Below are positions 38,142-51,936 of a stretch of DNA of 64,000 bases, piece after piece. A program made the translations under genes and the position numbers. Under the pieces are notes generated by a model. That model was given only the letters and a program-made list of their open reading frames with translations, did no database searches and was not told the DNA's origin. The stretch's first letter is position 1, and every line of letters starts with the position of its first letter. The stretch spans positions 121,690,998 to 121,754,997 of the forward strand of contig NC_068984.1 in assembly GCF_001194135.2 (NCBI RefSeq), given 5' to 3'. Source of the DNA: Octopus bimaculoides. Its lineage: Eukaryota.

Positions 38142-38597
38142 TCTATCTCTCTCTCTCTCTCTCTCTCTCAAAATGAAGCTAAAAGCACAAATGCTTAGAA
38201 CTTTCAACACATTTATTTTTATCCCTAGTACCTGCTTACTGCAGAGTGAGACAATTGGGCACAGCTGTTAGGACATTGATGATTTGGTATGGTTGACTGG
38301 ATATTCAATTTGTTTTGGTGACAGTACATTTTAGAACTGGAAAGAAAGACACACACATACATTTGCATGCATATATACAGATATATATATATATATTACG
38401 GAGATGCACTTGCATAGAAAGTGACCTGATCTGAGATCGTGTGCTGGAACGAAAACAATTGCAGCGTGGAAGGTGTTTATAAGCCATTTAAAATAACACA
38501 CAAAATCCGTTAGATTCACTTCAACATTTAAATTTAATTTGTCAAAATATTTTCGGCGCTTTGAGACCGCGACCTGTTCACTGACAAAATTCTGTGC

Positions 38598-38662
<65 letters not shown>

Positions 38663-39606
38663 AGAGTGGGGTGCAGAGGAAAAGACATTATACATATAAG
38701 CATAACTATGTTCACATAGAAACAAAAATCGAAGGGAGAGAGAACAAGAGAAGCATTGAAATGTTTGATAGCAAGTAAGTCAGTGTGGAATCACCAATGC
38801 CAAGCAGGTGGTGCCAAAACAGTTGTACTGAAATGTTTCATACAGTACTTACTGCTTAGAAAGTTAGCTTCTACATTGTTTGACATTCTAGAAAGGAAAA
38901 GCCATATTTCCCTCAAATTGCACCTTACTGTTTGAAAAAACAACGTACAACACATAAATGTAATGCTGAATATACTAGGGGATGGTCATGACTGGAATGG
39001 TTTTGATTATGTCTACTCAGTCAGGGCAGACCTAAATTCACGGACACTGCAGTGCTTGTGATTTGGTAAGAATACTTGTCTTTTTGGCTCACAGATAGAT
39101 GCAGTGTCAACATGGTGAGCTATGACTGTTTAAGGCTCTGTTTTATTGTTCCCAGCAATAAGTCAAACTAAAGTGAGGACCTTCATTGAACTGCTAAAAC
39201 AATAATTAAGCTGTTTTTATTTGGTTTTACAATTGGCTTGTCCTAACTGGTACAGGTTAGATAGGTTTGCAAATTGCTCTGCTGGGCAGCCTCATGTCCC
39301 ATCTGCCATTCTCCATCTCACTACACTATGAGAATCTATGTCATCTTTGTCAACAAGCAATGCTGCTGGTGGCAGTGGTAGTGGCAGCAGCAGCAGTGGC
39401 GGTGGTGGTAGGGGTGTTGGTGGTGGTGGTGGTGGTGTTTGGTTACAGTTTTTCACTGTTGTAATGGATTTTGGTTTGGTGGTTGTTGTCTTGGTAGTAA
39501 TGATAGTAAAAGAACTGGTAGCAGTAGAATGAAAGGTGGGGAGCAGCCATTTAACACTTCAGGCAAGTCTGAGGATAAAATAAGACCATTGTAGACGGGG
39601 GGGGGG

Positions 39607-40056
39607 NNNNNNNNNNNNNNNNNNNNNNNNNNNNNNNNNNNNNNNNNNNNNNNNNNNNNNNNNNNNNNNNNNNNNNNNNNNNNNNNNNNNNNNNNNNNNN
39701 NNNNNNNNNNNNNNNNNNNNNNNNNNNNNNNNNNNNNNNNNNNNNNNNNNNNNNNNNNNNNNNNNNNNNNNNNNNNNNNNNNNNNNNNNNNNNNNNNNNN
39801 NNNNNNNNNNNNNNNNNNNNNNNNNNNNNNNNNNNNNNNNNNNNNNNNNNNNNNNNNNNNNNNNNNNNNNNNNNNNNNNNNNNNNNNNNNNNNNNNNNNN
39901 NNNNNNNNNNNNNNNNNNNNNNNNNNNNNNNNNNNNNNNNNNNNNNNNNNNNNNNNNNNNNNNNNNNNNNNNNNNNNNNNNNNNNNNNNNNNNNNNNNNN
40001 NNNNNNNNNNNNNNNNNNNNNNNNNNNNNNNNNNNNNNNNNNNNNNNNNNNNNNNN
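39607..40056. other. Assembly gap (450 N)
   Basis: Run of N. Other gaps at 12938-13037, 29188-29197, 40746-40755, 46546-46555 and 54326-54417, several bordered by microsatellites. Confidence 1.
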
Positions 40057-40135
<79 letters not shown>

Positions 40136-40582
40136 CACACTGCTATCCATGCAATAAATTCACACATTCATACAACATACACTATACACAAACAAGCCAA
40201 TAAAGGAATCTCCATGTGGTCATGTGATTGCTTGACCTGCTAGAAATAGTTGCCAAATCTTGCTCAAATCATACCCCAGCCTCATAAAAGAAGCAAGTGT
40301 TGGGTAAAGTAGTCATAAAGAGATCATGTTTAAAAGCTTGGAATAGTTACAATGGTGATGTCATAGTGTACAGGGACTAAATAACAACAACATGACGTAA
40401 TATTAGTCGTATGTGAATAATTCAAATGTTAATTAATTAAAATTTCAGAGTTGTCATCTTTGCCTTGGTGAGATTTGCGTAATATCTGATTAAATCTTAT
40501 AATTAATTGATATTTTTTATTCACCATATGTTAGCACTCACTTGAATACTTGAATATATACACATACATGTATGCACATGCA

Positions 40583-40634
<52 letters not shown>

Positions 40635-40904
40635 TGCACAAAACAAATATAAAATGTGGGTGTATGTGTGTAACCCAGTTTTCCTACATATTGCGTTTTA
40701 TCTTCAAATTGCACCCCTTACTCTGCAATCTCTCTCTTACGTCCANNNNNNNNNNCATAATGGATGTCCACTTAGTGGTCATCCCTTTTATATGTATGTA
40801 ATATAATTTTTCTGAATCTTCAGATTTTTCAATATGCTAGGCCACTGGTTTTAAATTTATATTAATCAAATTAATATTCAATTTTTCACCCTTATTATTC
40901 ATAT

Positions 40905-41270
40905 ATATAAAATTAGTGTACACTTAAACACAAAAGAGGTGACCCTTAACAGGTAGCCTTCTTGCGTGGTGAATTTGAAAAATTATAATATATAATGATA
41001 AGATACATGTTATTCTGTCTCTAAATTATATGTTAATGTTTTGGTGTAGCCACTGATGAGAACTTTGCCTCGCAAATTATTTTATCTGCTAATTAGAGTT
41101 TGAAACCTAGGTATGGCTGTAAAAAAAAACAAGGTAAACGTTTTTATTTTTCATTCCCTTCGAAATTGCTCTTAAATGTGGTTTTGGTCGTTTTGACTGT
41201 TCCTTCTATCATGTAAGGTTGCCTATTAAGGGTCGCCTCTTTTGTGTTTAAATGTACACTAATTTTATAT
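40905..41270. mobile_element. Unclassified MITE with 56-bp TIRs (366 bp)
   Basis: ATATAAAATTAGTGTACA(C/T)TTAAACACAAAAGAGG(T/C)GACCCTTAA(C/T)AGG(T/C)A(G/A)CCTT, 51 of 56 identical between the inverted arms. No ORF inside. Confidence 0.8.
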
Positions 41271-41360
41271 GGAAAATATGTTGTCTATTGACTTTTTATA
41301 CATGCTAGGCCACTGGTAATGAAAATTTCTAAAATTTCACTACCCTGTATTTTATGAATA

Positions 41361-41409
<49 letters not shown>

Positions 41410-41599
41410 GAAAATTAAGGTAGACAATTTTAATATTTAGTCCCTGTGTGCATTATACCATTTCAGTACCAAGTGCATTTGGATGCCCAACTACAATGGG
41501 TCATCAGAATAATATCTTATTGCAATCTGTTGTAAAGATTTAATATCTAAAGTCAGGCACATATTTTATACACTGACTCAAACATCACCAGCTTCTTGA

Positions 41600-42125
41600 A
41601 CATTGGAAAGTTTGCTTTCAGACGGATGGTAGGTAAGAGGAATAGATATAAGTCCTGCTTGATGAGAGAGCCGTTTATGTCTAACCAGATGTAGGAGTAC
41701 CACGTTATATGGTCCAAGCACTTAATGAACAAGCTCAGGCACCTTGAGAAACATTGTTTTGAAGTTTTTCTTTAACAAGGTGATCAGAAGGAGTGACAGA
41801 GGCCCCTGCACAAATCTTACAGAGATGCTCACAACATTGTATACTAAATTGCTGCTATCTCTGGTGATCTTGATACAACAAGGGTCATCTCATGTCTACT
41901 TCTTCCTGCAAACTTTAGAGTTAATGCCACCATCTGGACCAAGGGGACATCCCAGGGTGGGTTTGCTTGTTTCAACAGGACTCTGCTCTCTTCCACATAG
42001 CCTGCACTATTTAACTGGTTGAGATATTTTGCAATCATGTGACATGTGCCCCCTAACATGTGTCCACCTAACTCTCTTGATATGAAGCCTCTGAATTGCT
42101 ACATGTAGTGTCACCAAAGGAAGGA
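41600..42125 (+). mobile_element. Degraded maT (DD37D-like, Tc1/mariner superfamily) transposase relic
   Basis: Across frameshifts: RYKSCLMREPFMS...SKHLMNKLRH, CTNLTEMLTTLYTK...YFFLQ, FQQDSALFH, WL...PNMCPPNSLDMKPLNCY. These match the maT pattern RYKSY.MR..FMS / TKFP / FQQDSAP.H / WPPNSPD.NPLDYY. No TIRs found. Confidence 0.7.
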
Positions 42126-42129
42126 ATGT

Positions 42130-43290
42130 GACTCCAGCGGGTGGAGAGCAAGGAGATAGCAGCGGGTAGAGAGCAAGGAGGTAGCAGGTGGAGAGCAAGG
42201 AGGTACCAGCTGGTGGAGAGCAAGGAGATAGTAGCGGGTAGAGAGCAAGGAGGTAGCAGTGGGTGGAGAGCAAGGAGGTATGGGTGGAGATCAAGGAAGT
42301 AATGAGTGGAGAACAAGGTAGTGGCTCGAGAGCAAGGATGTAATGGGTGGAGAGTAAGAAGGGGAAATGTGGAGAGCAAGATGACGAGTGGAGAGAAAGG
42401 AAGTGACAGGTGGAGAGCAAGAAGGTGAAATGTTGAGAACAAGGAGGTGAAGGGTAAGAAATTGAAAGAAGACAAAGAGAAAGAATGTAGCTAGAATACG
42501 GAAGACTATTAAGAGATTAAAAAAAGGCTATGGGTGGGTAAGCAAGTATGAAAGGAAAATAAGAATGTAAAGAGAGTAAGGAGGTGAATGAGACTTGGAA
42601 AAGAATGAAGAGATGAAAGTAGGTAGATGTGAGAGAGAGAGAGAGAGAGAGCATATGAGTGAGGAATTATGTGTGAGAGTATGAAGGTATAAATAAGGAG
42701 AGTCAAGTTACAGAGAAGAGTAAGAAGTATAAGGAGTTATAATGCTCTAAGAGGAGAGTAATGGGATTTTGAGAGAGAGAAAGAAAGAGAGAGTATAACA
42801 AGCATTTAAAAATAATAGCAGAAAGCTATTAGAAGAGAAAGGAGAGTCAAGAGATGTTTGGGAGAAAGTTAGGAGCTATAAGGGAAGTGATCAAGAGCTA
42901 TAAGGAGGAGAGTAAGAAATAAGGTGGAGAGTTGAAAGTACAAAGAGGAGAGTAAGGAGCTGTTGAAAAGAGGGGAGAGTCAGGAGTTATTAGAGAGAGA
43001 GAGAGATAGGAGTTGTTAGATAATATAAAGTAAGGTACTGTAAAAGTTACAAAGGAAAGAGTATGGGGCTATAAGGGAGAAAGTCCAGCATAAGAAATAT
43101 ATTAAGGGAGTATAAAAGTGAGAGTAAGGAGCTATAAAAAAAGAGTTGGGTGCAGTGGGGAAGTGTAGTGAGAGAGAGAGGGGGAGAAAGAAAGAAGAGG
43201 CCCGAAAAATGAGGAGTAGAGGGACAGAGCATAAACAGAGGTAGGGAGAGATAGAGGGAGAAAGAGTGGAGAGAAATAAGAAATACATAG
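42130..43290. repeat. Purine-rich minisatellite (21-25-bp GGTGGAGAGCAAGGAGGTAGCA units) decaying into a polypurine tract
   Basis: At least 14 GGAGAGCAAGG-type units at 42135-42450, then GAGAGTAAGGAGCTATAAGG-type degenerate units to ~43290. Confidence 0.85.
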
Positions 43291-44765
43291 ATCCATAAGT
43301 ACACACTCACACCTATGTTGCCAAACAGACACATACACACACACATACAACTAAGCTGATACAAATACAACAACCAAGACATGCACATAGACATATCTGC
43401 TATCCAGACATGTATGCGTAATTAAGCACCTACATATCGAATCCAATAATAGCACATATGCACACACACAAACAAACCAGCCAGGAAGTCATTACATTGT
43501 CATTCAACTCACAAGCAATAGTAACCAAATTTTCAAGCCACACCCCACTGTCTTACAAAAGAAAGGACTTAGTCCAAGTTGCTCCTTATACTGAAGTAAA
43601 AAAACAGAAAATTAAAAAGAAAAAAAACAAATGGTCATGGCTGGTGCACCTTTGGTCATAGGTCTGTTCAATCAGAGTTGATTTAACGCTAAAATACAGC
43701 GCACGCACGCGCGCACACACACACACACACACACAGAAACTGGAATATGCACTCAGCTACATACAAAGTTGCACTTGCTACACTTTACAGGGAAGTATGA
43801 CACAGTTATATAACATAAATATACCAAGTGTTCAAATCCCTACTTTAAGGTCAAGAGACAGTGTTGTGGTATTTATTATATGGTAGGTATTAGGGTGAGC
43901 TGTTGTTACAGTTTAGCAGTGGGAATGAAATAGGTCTAGGCAATGGTTGTAATAATGGGAGGCAGTTTTTATAGTGGTTCTCAAACTTCTTAACCATTTG
44001 ACCATTGTGTTCTTACTACCTTAATATATATACATAGTATAATATACACAAATACTGTATATAATTTATGAAATCATCTAACATCCAGACCCTTTAAAAT
44101 GTTATCTTTCATGCAAAAATTATCAAAATGTAGATGTTTTAATAATTTCCATATGGGGAATAACAAGCTGTGGTAAACTTTGCTTAGACGGCTGAATGTA
44201 TGTGAAAAGAATAGCTGGCCTGGCTACAGAAATGGCAAACATTGTGTACAGCAAAGAACAGTAGGAACAATGTAAGGGAAAATTGACAACAGATGATAAA
44301 TACAAAAATATTAGTTTATTTAGGAAGCGTAGTCATACATCAGAGCTAAATAATGTTTGTTTCAGTAAATACCATGCCGTAGGGGAGGGCAAGAAGAATG
44401 GGAAGGCAGAGAAAAATACACAGAAAAACTAGTCAAATTTTAAGTGAAGGATTGATGCAAGTACTTGAATATATTATAGAAGTTTTTCTAAAAGAACTGA
44501 CCTCACTTTATGAATGAAAATTTCCAAAGGAGTGGCAACTGTAATGTAACAACATCCTTCTTTTACTTGATCCAGTTCAGCTGACTGTATTTGTGTATAG
44601 GCATGGCTGTATGGTTAAGACGTTTGCTCCCCACCTTCATGGTTCTGGGTTCAATTTCATTACATGGTACCTTAGGCAAGGGTTATCTACTATAGCCCAA
44701 GATCAACAAAAGCCTTGTCATGAGGATTAGTAGACAGGAACTGAAAGAAGCCTTGTTACACACAC

Positions 44766-44833
<68 letters not shown>

Positions 44834-45891
44834 CAAGGCTTTCATATATATATAGAGAGAGTAGTTTCAAGGGGGTGCCCCAGCATGATCGCAGTCAAAA
44901 TTGACTGATACAAGTAAAAGATAACAGATATATATATGCACAGGGACAGGTGTGGCTGTGTGGTGAGAGGCTTGCTTCCCAACCACATTGTTCCAGGTTC
45001 AGTCCCACTGTGGCATCTTGGGCAAATGTCTTCTTCTATAAACTCAGGCCGACCAAAACCTTGTGAGTGGATTTGGTAGACAGAAACTGAAAGAAGCCTG
45101 TCATATATATATATATAAGTTGTAATATTGAAGTCAAACCAAATAGTGTTATTTTGAAATCATTTAATATATGCATTTCAGGTCTTCGTAATGATAATGC
45201 ATTAAAATATTTTGTAATGTTTTAACTGAGAGAGGTCTTACCTAATGGATGCATTTCCTATTGTATATTATGCAGATCTGAAATGTACATATTAAATGAT
45301 TTCAAAATATCACAATTTGATTTGATTTCATGTGTACAACTTATACAACTCGATGCCAGTACAAACTAGCCAGTCCAGGTTCTACTTACAATTTGGAGTA
45401 GTTTGTTATATTTGACTTAAGTGGAAAATTCTGGTACACTGCTTCTGAGCAGAACACAAAATTTATATGCGTGTGTGTCTCTGTGTTTGTCCACATAACT
45501 TAACTTTTTGGCTGGGGAGATTTGTTTCGACCGAACTCTTCAAGTCAGTACCCCAGCATGGTTGCAGTCCAACAACTGAAACAAAAATTTTAAAAAAAGC
45601 AATAAACAAAAGAGCAGGATAAATTTTTCAGTTCAGTTAAGACTTGGTTTGTGAATAAAAAGGTTTCTGTTGAAACTAGGCGTGTGGATAAAAAGTTCTC
45701 TTTGTGATCAAGTATACTTAAGTAGCTATTTGTATTAGAAGTGCTACTTAGCAAAATATATTGTTTCGTGTGTGCCTAGTCCAAAATTTTTAATAAGTGA
45801 CTTTAAACTTAATGCCATGCGACTAATATCTGCTACCCTTAGCCATACTTTATTACACAAGGATGTTTTTACCATCTTACTCAAAGCTCCT

Positions 45892-46279
45892 GTGGAGGCG
45901 CAATGGCCCAGTGGTTAGGGCAGCAGACTCGTGGTCATTGGATCGCGGTTTCGATTCCCAGATCAGGCGTTGTGAGTGTTTATTGAGCGAAAAACACCTA
46001 AAAGCTCCACCAGGCTCCGGCAGGGGATGGTGGCGAACCCTGCTGTACTCTTTCACCACAACTTTCTCTCACTCTTAGTTCCTGTTTCTGTTGTGCCTGT
46101 AATTCAAAGGGTCAGCCTTGTCACACTGTGTCATGCTGAATCTCCTCGAGAACTACGTTAAAGGGTAGACGTGTCTGTGGAGTGCTCAGCCACTTGCACG
46201 TTAATTTCAAGAGCAGGCTGTTCCGATGATCGGATCAAATGGAACCCTCAATGTCGTAAGCGATGGAGTGCCAACAACA
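45892..46279 (+). mobile_element. Full-length tRNA-derived SINE (family A)
   Basis: A box TGGCCCAGTGG, B box GGTTTCGATTCC, (AAC)n tail. Perfect 12-bp TSD ACTCAAAGCTCC at 45879-45890 and 46280-46291. May correspond to the published octopus tRNA-Arg (OR-type) SINEs; not verified. Confidence 0.9.
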
Positions 46280-48604
46280 ACTCAAAGCTCCAAGGGAAAA
46301 ATTTTCTAAAAATTACAATTACTCACATTATTAACTAAAATTTGATAGAATTATTATTTTCATTAAACTATAGAAACATTTCTGTTCATATAAAAGGTTT
46401 TCCATGTCCTGTGGTGTCCACTTCATAACTTCTGCTTTGCAAAAAAAAAGAAAAAAACGTGTTTTGACTGCTGCAAAGACAGAACTTTATGAGTACAATG
46501 AAACAGTAAAACATTTCTGTGGAATGTTGACTGGTCTAAGCATGTNNNNNNNNNNAGAAAAAAATTATATGGATTATTTCTAAACACATTCCTGAAAGAA
46601 TGGAAGATTTGGTTAAATATTTTGATGACAATGTTACAAGACTTTAACAGGAAAGTGTAACTTATAAGAAGCCAAGTTCATACTGAAACTTTATCTTTGA
46701 AATTCCAGTTCATTCTTCTTTTATTCTGGAATGTACACTCAGCTACTTTGCCAAGTTGAACAAATACAAACAATAGCTTTAATGGATAAAATGCTTTGTC
46801 TCATTAGTTGAATGTTCTGTTAATATCCAACTAATTTATGCAAACTCATTTTTACTTCTGAGAAGAGGTGGTCCATATTGTCTGGTCTCTATCCTTTGAT
46901 AGGCCCTATCAGGAGCTTGTGCTCAGCTAGAGTAGCTCTCAAAATCATTGGGGCACATAAGCCACTATATTGCAACAAGGGCCAAATTTTGTGGTGGATA
47001 TATATTCATACTTATATGTATATATTAAAGTTAGCTGCTACAACTTCCCTGCAAGATCAATGTGCTGTTTCTTGCAGAAAATCAGTTTGGAATCCCAACA
47101 ACTGAAGAAAGCCACACAGCTGAGGCTAGGTCAAAGTGGTTGTAATTGACAAGAGACCATAAAACCATTTTACAGGGGAAGAGTAATTCTGCCCCCCCCC
47201 CCTATAGTGTGTGTATATGCATGCATATATATTGGTAAGTATACACAATTATATTCATGTAGTTAATATCTATATACACACACATACATACATACATGCA
47301 TACATGAATGCATATTTACAAGCATGCATGACTACATACACATACATATACATGCATGCATACATACATACATACATAAAACCTTTCACTCCCCATACAT
47401 CATATATAGCCCTCTAAGACATTAGTTCCAATGTGATAACCTGTCCAACCCATGCCAGCATGGTAAATGGATGTAAAATGATCAGATATATACACAACAT
47501 ACTCTCTCTCTCTCTCTCTCTCTTTTTTCTCATTTCCTTTCTCTCCTCTCCCCAGTAAACCAACACTATTTTCTTTTTCTTTCCTAATATTTCTTACATA
47601 TGTCTAATAAATATAACTTGATAATAACATATGGTAAAACATGAGTTAACAAACCAACATTGTTTTCTTCTCTTATCTGTTGGCCATGTGATACGTCTGT
47701 CGGCTGCTCTTTTCATTTGGACATGTGATACAGTGTATCATCTGCTCAGTGTTGTTATGTTGTCATTTCTGTCTTTTTCTTTCTCACTCTTTCTCCCCAT
47801 TATATTTTCTTCACCTTCCTGCATTTAATTGCCCCTCATGCTCTTTGTTCTTTTTTATTTTTGTACTTTTTCAACCTGACTATTTTTCGTTTGGTGGGAG
47901 TGGGGTGAACAATGTTTGGGACACATGTGCACTCTTCTCTCTATCATCACTGCACCAACACTACTTTCTCTTTCTTTTTCCTATATTTATCTTAAGTATG
48001 TTTAATATATTAAATAACAAACAAAATGACATAAGATATTTGACAAAAAAACAATACAAAACGTAATAAACATTGTAACAATTCCATCGTGGTAGAATCA
48101 TGACAAGCTAATTTAAAAGCTCGCATATGCCGTTATATTCACATTTGTTTGTTTTAATTTTGTAATAGCATTGCTTGCTCTTAAGCGTAGCATACTGTTA
48201 AATATCAAAGTCTTTTTGTCGCATGTCTGGCCTGGTCATTCTGTCTATCATGATGTAATTGCTCTGGTTCCAACACACGTTCTCAGATCAAGTCATTTGC
48301 CAATCAAGTAACAACAACTGAAATGAGAACATTTTTTTTTCTTGTCAATTTGTCATCTGATATATTGGGGCTGCTCATTTGGTCATCTGTCACAGTGGGT
48401 TGGTGGGTCTACCTCTTTCCAGCAGCATTTGTGTATATGTGTATCTCTCTCTTCAGTCAGCGGTACTAATCTATCCTTTCTCATTCTTACCATCCCAAAA
48501 GTATATATTTATTATATCAATACGTTCCATTACTTACATACCTCTGTCATTTTAACTACGTTTCTCTCTTACCCTTTCTGCTAGCTACCCGTTTCTTTCT
48601 TCAC

Positions 48605-48740
<136 letters not shown>

Positions 48741-49278
48741 TCTGGTAATATGTAATATTCATACATGCGTACATACTAGCATTAACACACACACACACAC
48801 ATTTAATTGTATAATACATGATAATATTCATATCTTTATTTGTTTCAGTCGTTTGACTGCGGCCATGCTGGGGCACCGCCTTTAGTCGAACACATCAACC
48901 CCAGGACTTATTTTTTGTAAGCCTGGTAATTGCGCATACATCCTTACATAAACATACACATACACAATTTATACTTTGTATTTAGAACAAAATAGGATGT
49001 AGAACCTTTAGGCTTCTCTTTTTCCTTCTCTGTACTACTACTCCTATTACTACCACCACTACTAATGCTACCATACTACTGCTACAACTATTATTATTAC
49101 CAACAATACTACTATTACTACCACCACTACTATTGTTTATAACTTCATTAAAAGGAAGTGTAGTGTAGAGTTTAACAAAAGTTATATACACCTATACATA
49201 GGTATATATACATACATGTACACACATAAATATATAAGCATACCTACATGTAAGTATTTAGCAGGCATACACGCGCAT

Positions 49279-49318
<40 letters not shown>

Positions 49319-50771
49319 ACATCTACCTATTCTTGTGTTAATAGTGAGGTGTAGGGCATGAGAAAGTTCTACATATGCGTCCGCAAAAATTCAGTCACGT
49401 GCAAATATCCATACACACATGTGCATGTATGCGTATACAAACATGCATGTATATACATACATACAAAAAAAAAAGTTATACATACACAAATGTTGGATGT
49501 GAAAATATATATTACAGGAACATACAGACATATATACATGAGAATGTGAATGAGTGAGTGAGGAAGTAAGGCTGTGTGGACAGAAGAAGACGGGTGTATG
49601 TATGGTTTTGTGAAAGGGTTATACATAGGGTGGTATAAGGATGTTTGTAGTAATGTATGGATGTAGTACCTCTCCATTTGTTAGTCTGTCTGTCCTTCCA
49701 TACCTTTAGCTGAACCTGTTCAAAATGTGTGATGAATCATGAAATTGTTCTTCACCCACCCATCTCATGTCTAAGCATTGCTGAGTTTTGGAGTTATGTT
49801 GAACAGCTGTCATTGCATCCAATCCATTGATTCTATCATTCCACCAACTGCTAGCTAAGTCCATTGTTAAAATTACCTTACCACCTACCTTTGGCAAGGA
49901 AAGTAAAGCAGTTTTCCTCTGCCTAGTGGTGTAATGAAAGACATAGTGCGGTGAACATATTTGCTGTAACTAGATACAGTTTCTTCTCTGGCTATGCTCT
50001 CTTCAGCATTTCTCAAGTACTGTTTTGAAGAGGATAATGAGAATGGACAGGAAAGTGCTACCCTTCAGTATATTTACTAAAAAAAGGGACAAGTGAAGTG
50101 GTTATGATTTGGTTAAGTAGGCCATCTCTGAATATGCAATTGGAGGCTGCAGCCAGAAACTGGGTGGGGGGGATCACTTGGCATTGGAACTAAGTGCAAT
50201 CAGGATTGTGTAGAGTTCCTTGGTTTGTCTGGAAGTGACAAGATTCCTATTTGAACTTAAATAAAACGAAAAACAGAAACAAACAAAAATTATTTATCAA
50301 TGCAATTTCTATTTTTCTCTTTTGTCTTCTCTTAGTTTCTATAATATTCTGCCACTATTTTATGTGTATTGCACTTCAGCATTCTCCATCTGCTGCTCTG
50401 AAGGTGACAGAATCATTAGAACCATTAGAAAAATTGCCTTGCAATATTCCTTCATTCCTTCCACTTCTTTATACTCTGAGTTCAAATCTTATTGGAATTA
50501 ATTTTGACCTTCATCCCAAGTCAATAGAATAAAATACAAAGCAAGTACTGGTTTTGATGCTGTTGACTAACCCCTTCCTCCAAATTGCTAGTCTTGAGCC
50601 TAAATTACAAACTTTATTGGCCAAATTGGCAAAACATTAACCCATTACCTCCCATAATTCTATTAACTGGAATTTTTTTTATGAAACTTTGATTTCTAGC
50701 ATAAAACAGCCTTAGAAACATGCTGGAATGATCAAAATAACATTTCAAAATAACATTTTAAATAGAAATCT

Positions 50772-51095
50772 CAGCTTGCGAAGACCTGTTGGGACAAGCG
50801 AAATTGTAATAGCACTTGTGCCCAGCGTCGCCTTCCTGGCACTTGTGCCGGTGGCATGTATAAAGACATTTGAGTGAGATCGTTGCCAGTGCCGCTGGAC
50901 TGGCTCCTGTGCAGGTGGCACGTAAAAGCACCCACTACACTCTCGGAGTGGTTGGCGTTAAGAAGGGCATCCAGCTGTAGAAACTCTGCCAAATCAGATT
51001 GAAGCCTGGTGTAGCTATCTGGTTTCACCAGTCCTCAGTCAAATCGTCCAACCCATGCTAGCATGGAAAGCGGACATTAAACGATGATGATGATG
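50772..51095 (+). mobile_element. RTE-type 3' end / RTE-dependent SINE (family D)
   Basis: GGAGTGGTTGGCGTTAAGAAGGGCATCCAGCTGTAGAAAC...CCCATGCTAGCATGGAAAGCGGACATTAAAC followed by a (GAT)n tail. Related pieces at ~4690-4810, 8585-8660, 21868-22035, 23560-23745 and 61655-61740. Confidence 0.65.
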
Positions 51096-51431
51096 AAGCG
51101 AGATATTGGGTGAAAAATTAGCAAACCTCATTTGAATATCAGAGAAATATACCTAGTAGATATAGCAAAAAGCTTAGATATGTGTAAATATTGACAGATA
51201 ATTACGAAATTTGTAATTTTTAAGTGATCTCATATGAGATCACTGGTAGGTAATGGGTTAAGTATTTACCTCAATAATTCTGAGTTTAAATCCTACCAGG
51301 CTAAAATGTTCTTTTGTCCTTGTAAGACTAACAATATAAAATTTCAAAAAAACTATCTAGTACTGATGTTGATCTAATCAATGACACTCTCCCACAAAAT
51401 GTGAGGTTTTCTTGAGACTGTATTAAAAATT

Positions 51432-51563
51432 GTTATTATTTCATATACGCACAACAAGTTGAACTGTTGGAAAAGTAAAATTCCTAACATCAGACTACAA
51501 CAAGTAATTTTAGATACCAAGAATGCTCCTAAGTATTCTAGCTGTCCCTGATAATACTGTTTT
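51432..51563 (-). mobile_element. Short 3' tail of an R4/Dong-like element
   Basis: Minus strand KTVLSGTARILRSILGI*, the same C-terminus as QKLTLLGTACILHKVLSV* at 19.6 kb. Short 3' UTR; ATT repeats on both flanks. Confidence 0.7.
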
Positions 51564-51880
51564 ATTATTATTTATTTGTTCTGTACTGTCCACAATGTTT
51601 TCCTTAATGGTTAATAAAGGAATAATAATAATAATTATTATTATTATTATTATTATGTTGTTTTTTTTCTTCTTTCTTCAAATTTTCTTCCATTTCTCGC
51701 CGAGTGTTTTCCATACACCTAGGGCAGAGAAGCTCATTGTATGCATTCCCAGTTTACACACGCAAATTCACAGGTAAAACATGTATTTAAGAAGAAAAAA
51801 AAATTCATGAATGGATGTTTTCACAGCGATAATGCTCTTCTCAGTACATGAGTCGTTCTAATTAGCACGTTTTTTTTTTT

Positions 51881-51936
<56 letters not shown>

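Noticed and set aside
38400-38598. CpG-rich segment between (TA)n tracts as a promoter
   Set aside because: It is more likely a young unclassified repeat inserted in a TA microsatellite. I found no TSS or adjacent exon evidence and cannot name the family.
819-43290. CRISPR-like arrays among the 22-, 33-, 38- and 65-bp repeats
   Set aside because: Units are contiguous and degenerate, with no unique spacers or cas genes, in a eukaryotic context.
45892-45965. tRNA gene
   Set aside because: A and B boxes are present but there is no closed acceptor stem, and it continues into a multicopy SINE body with a tail and TSD.
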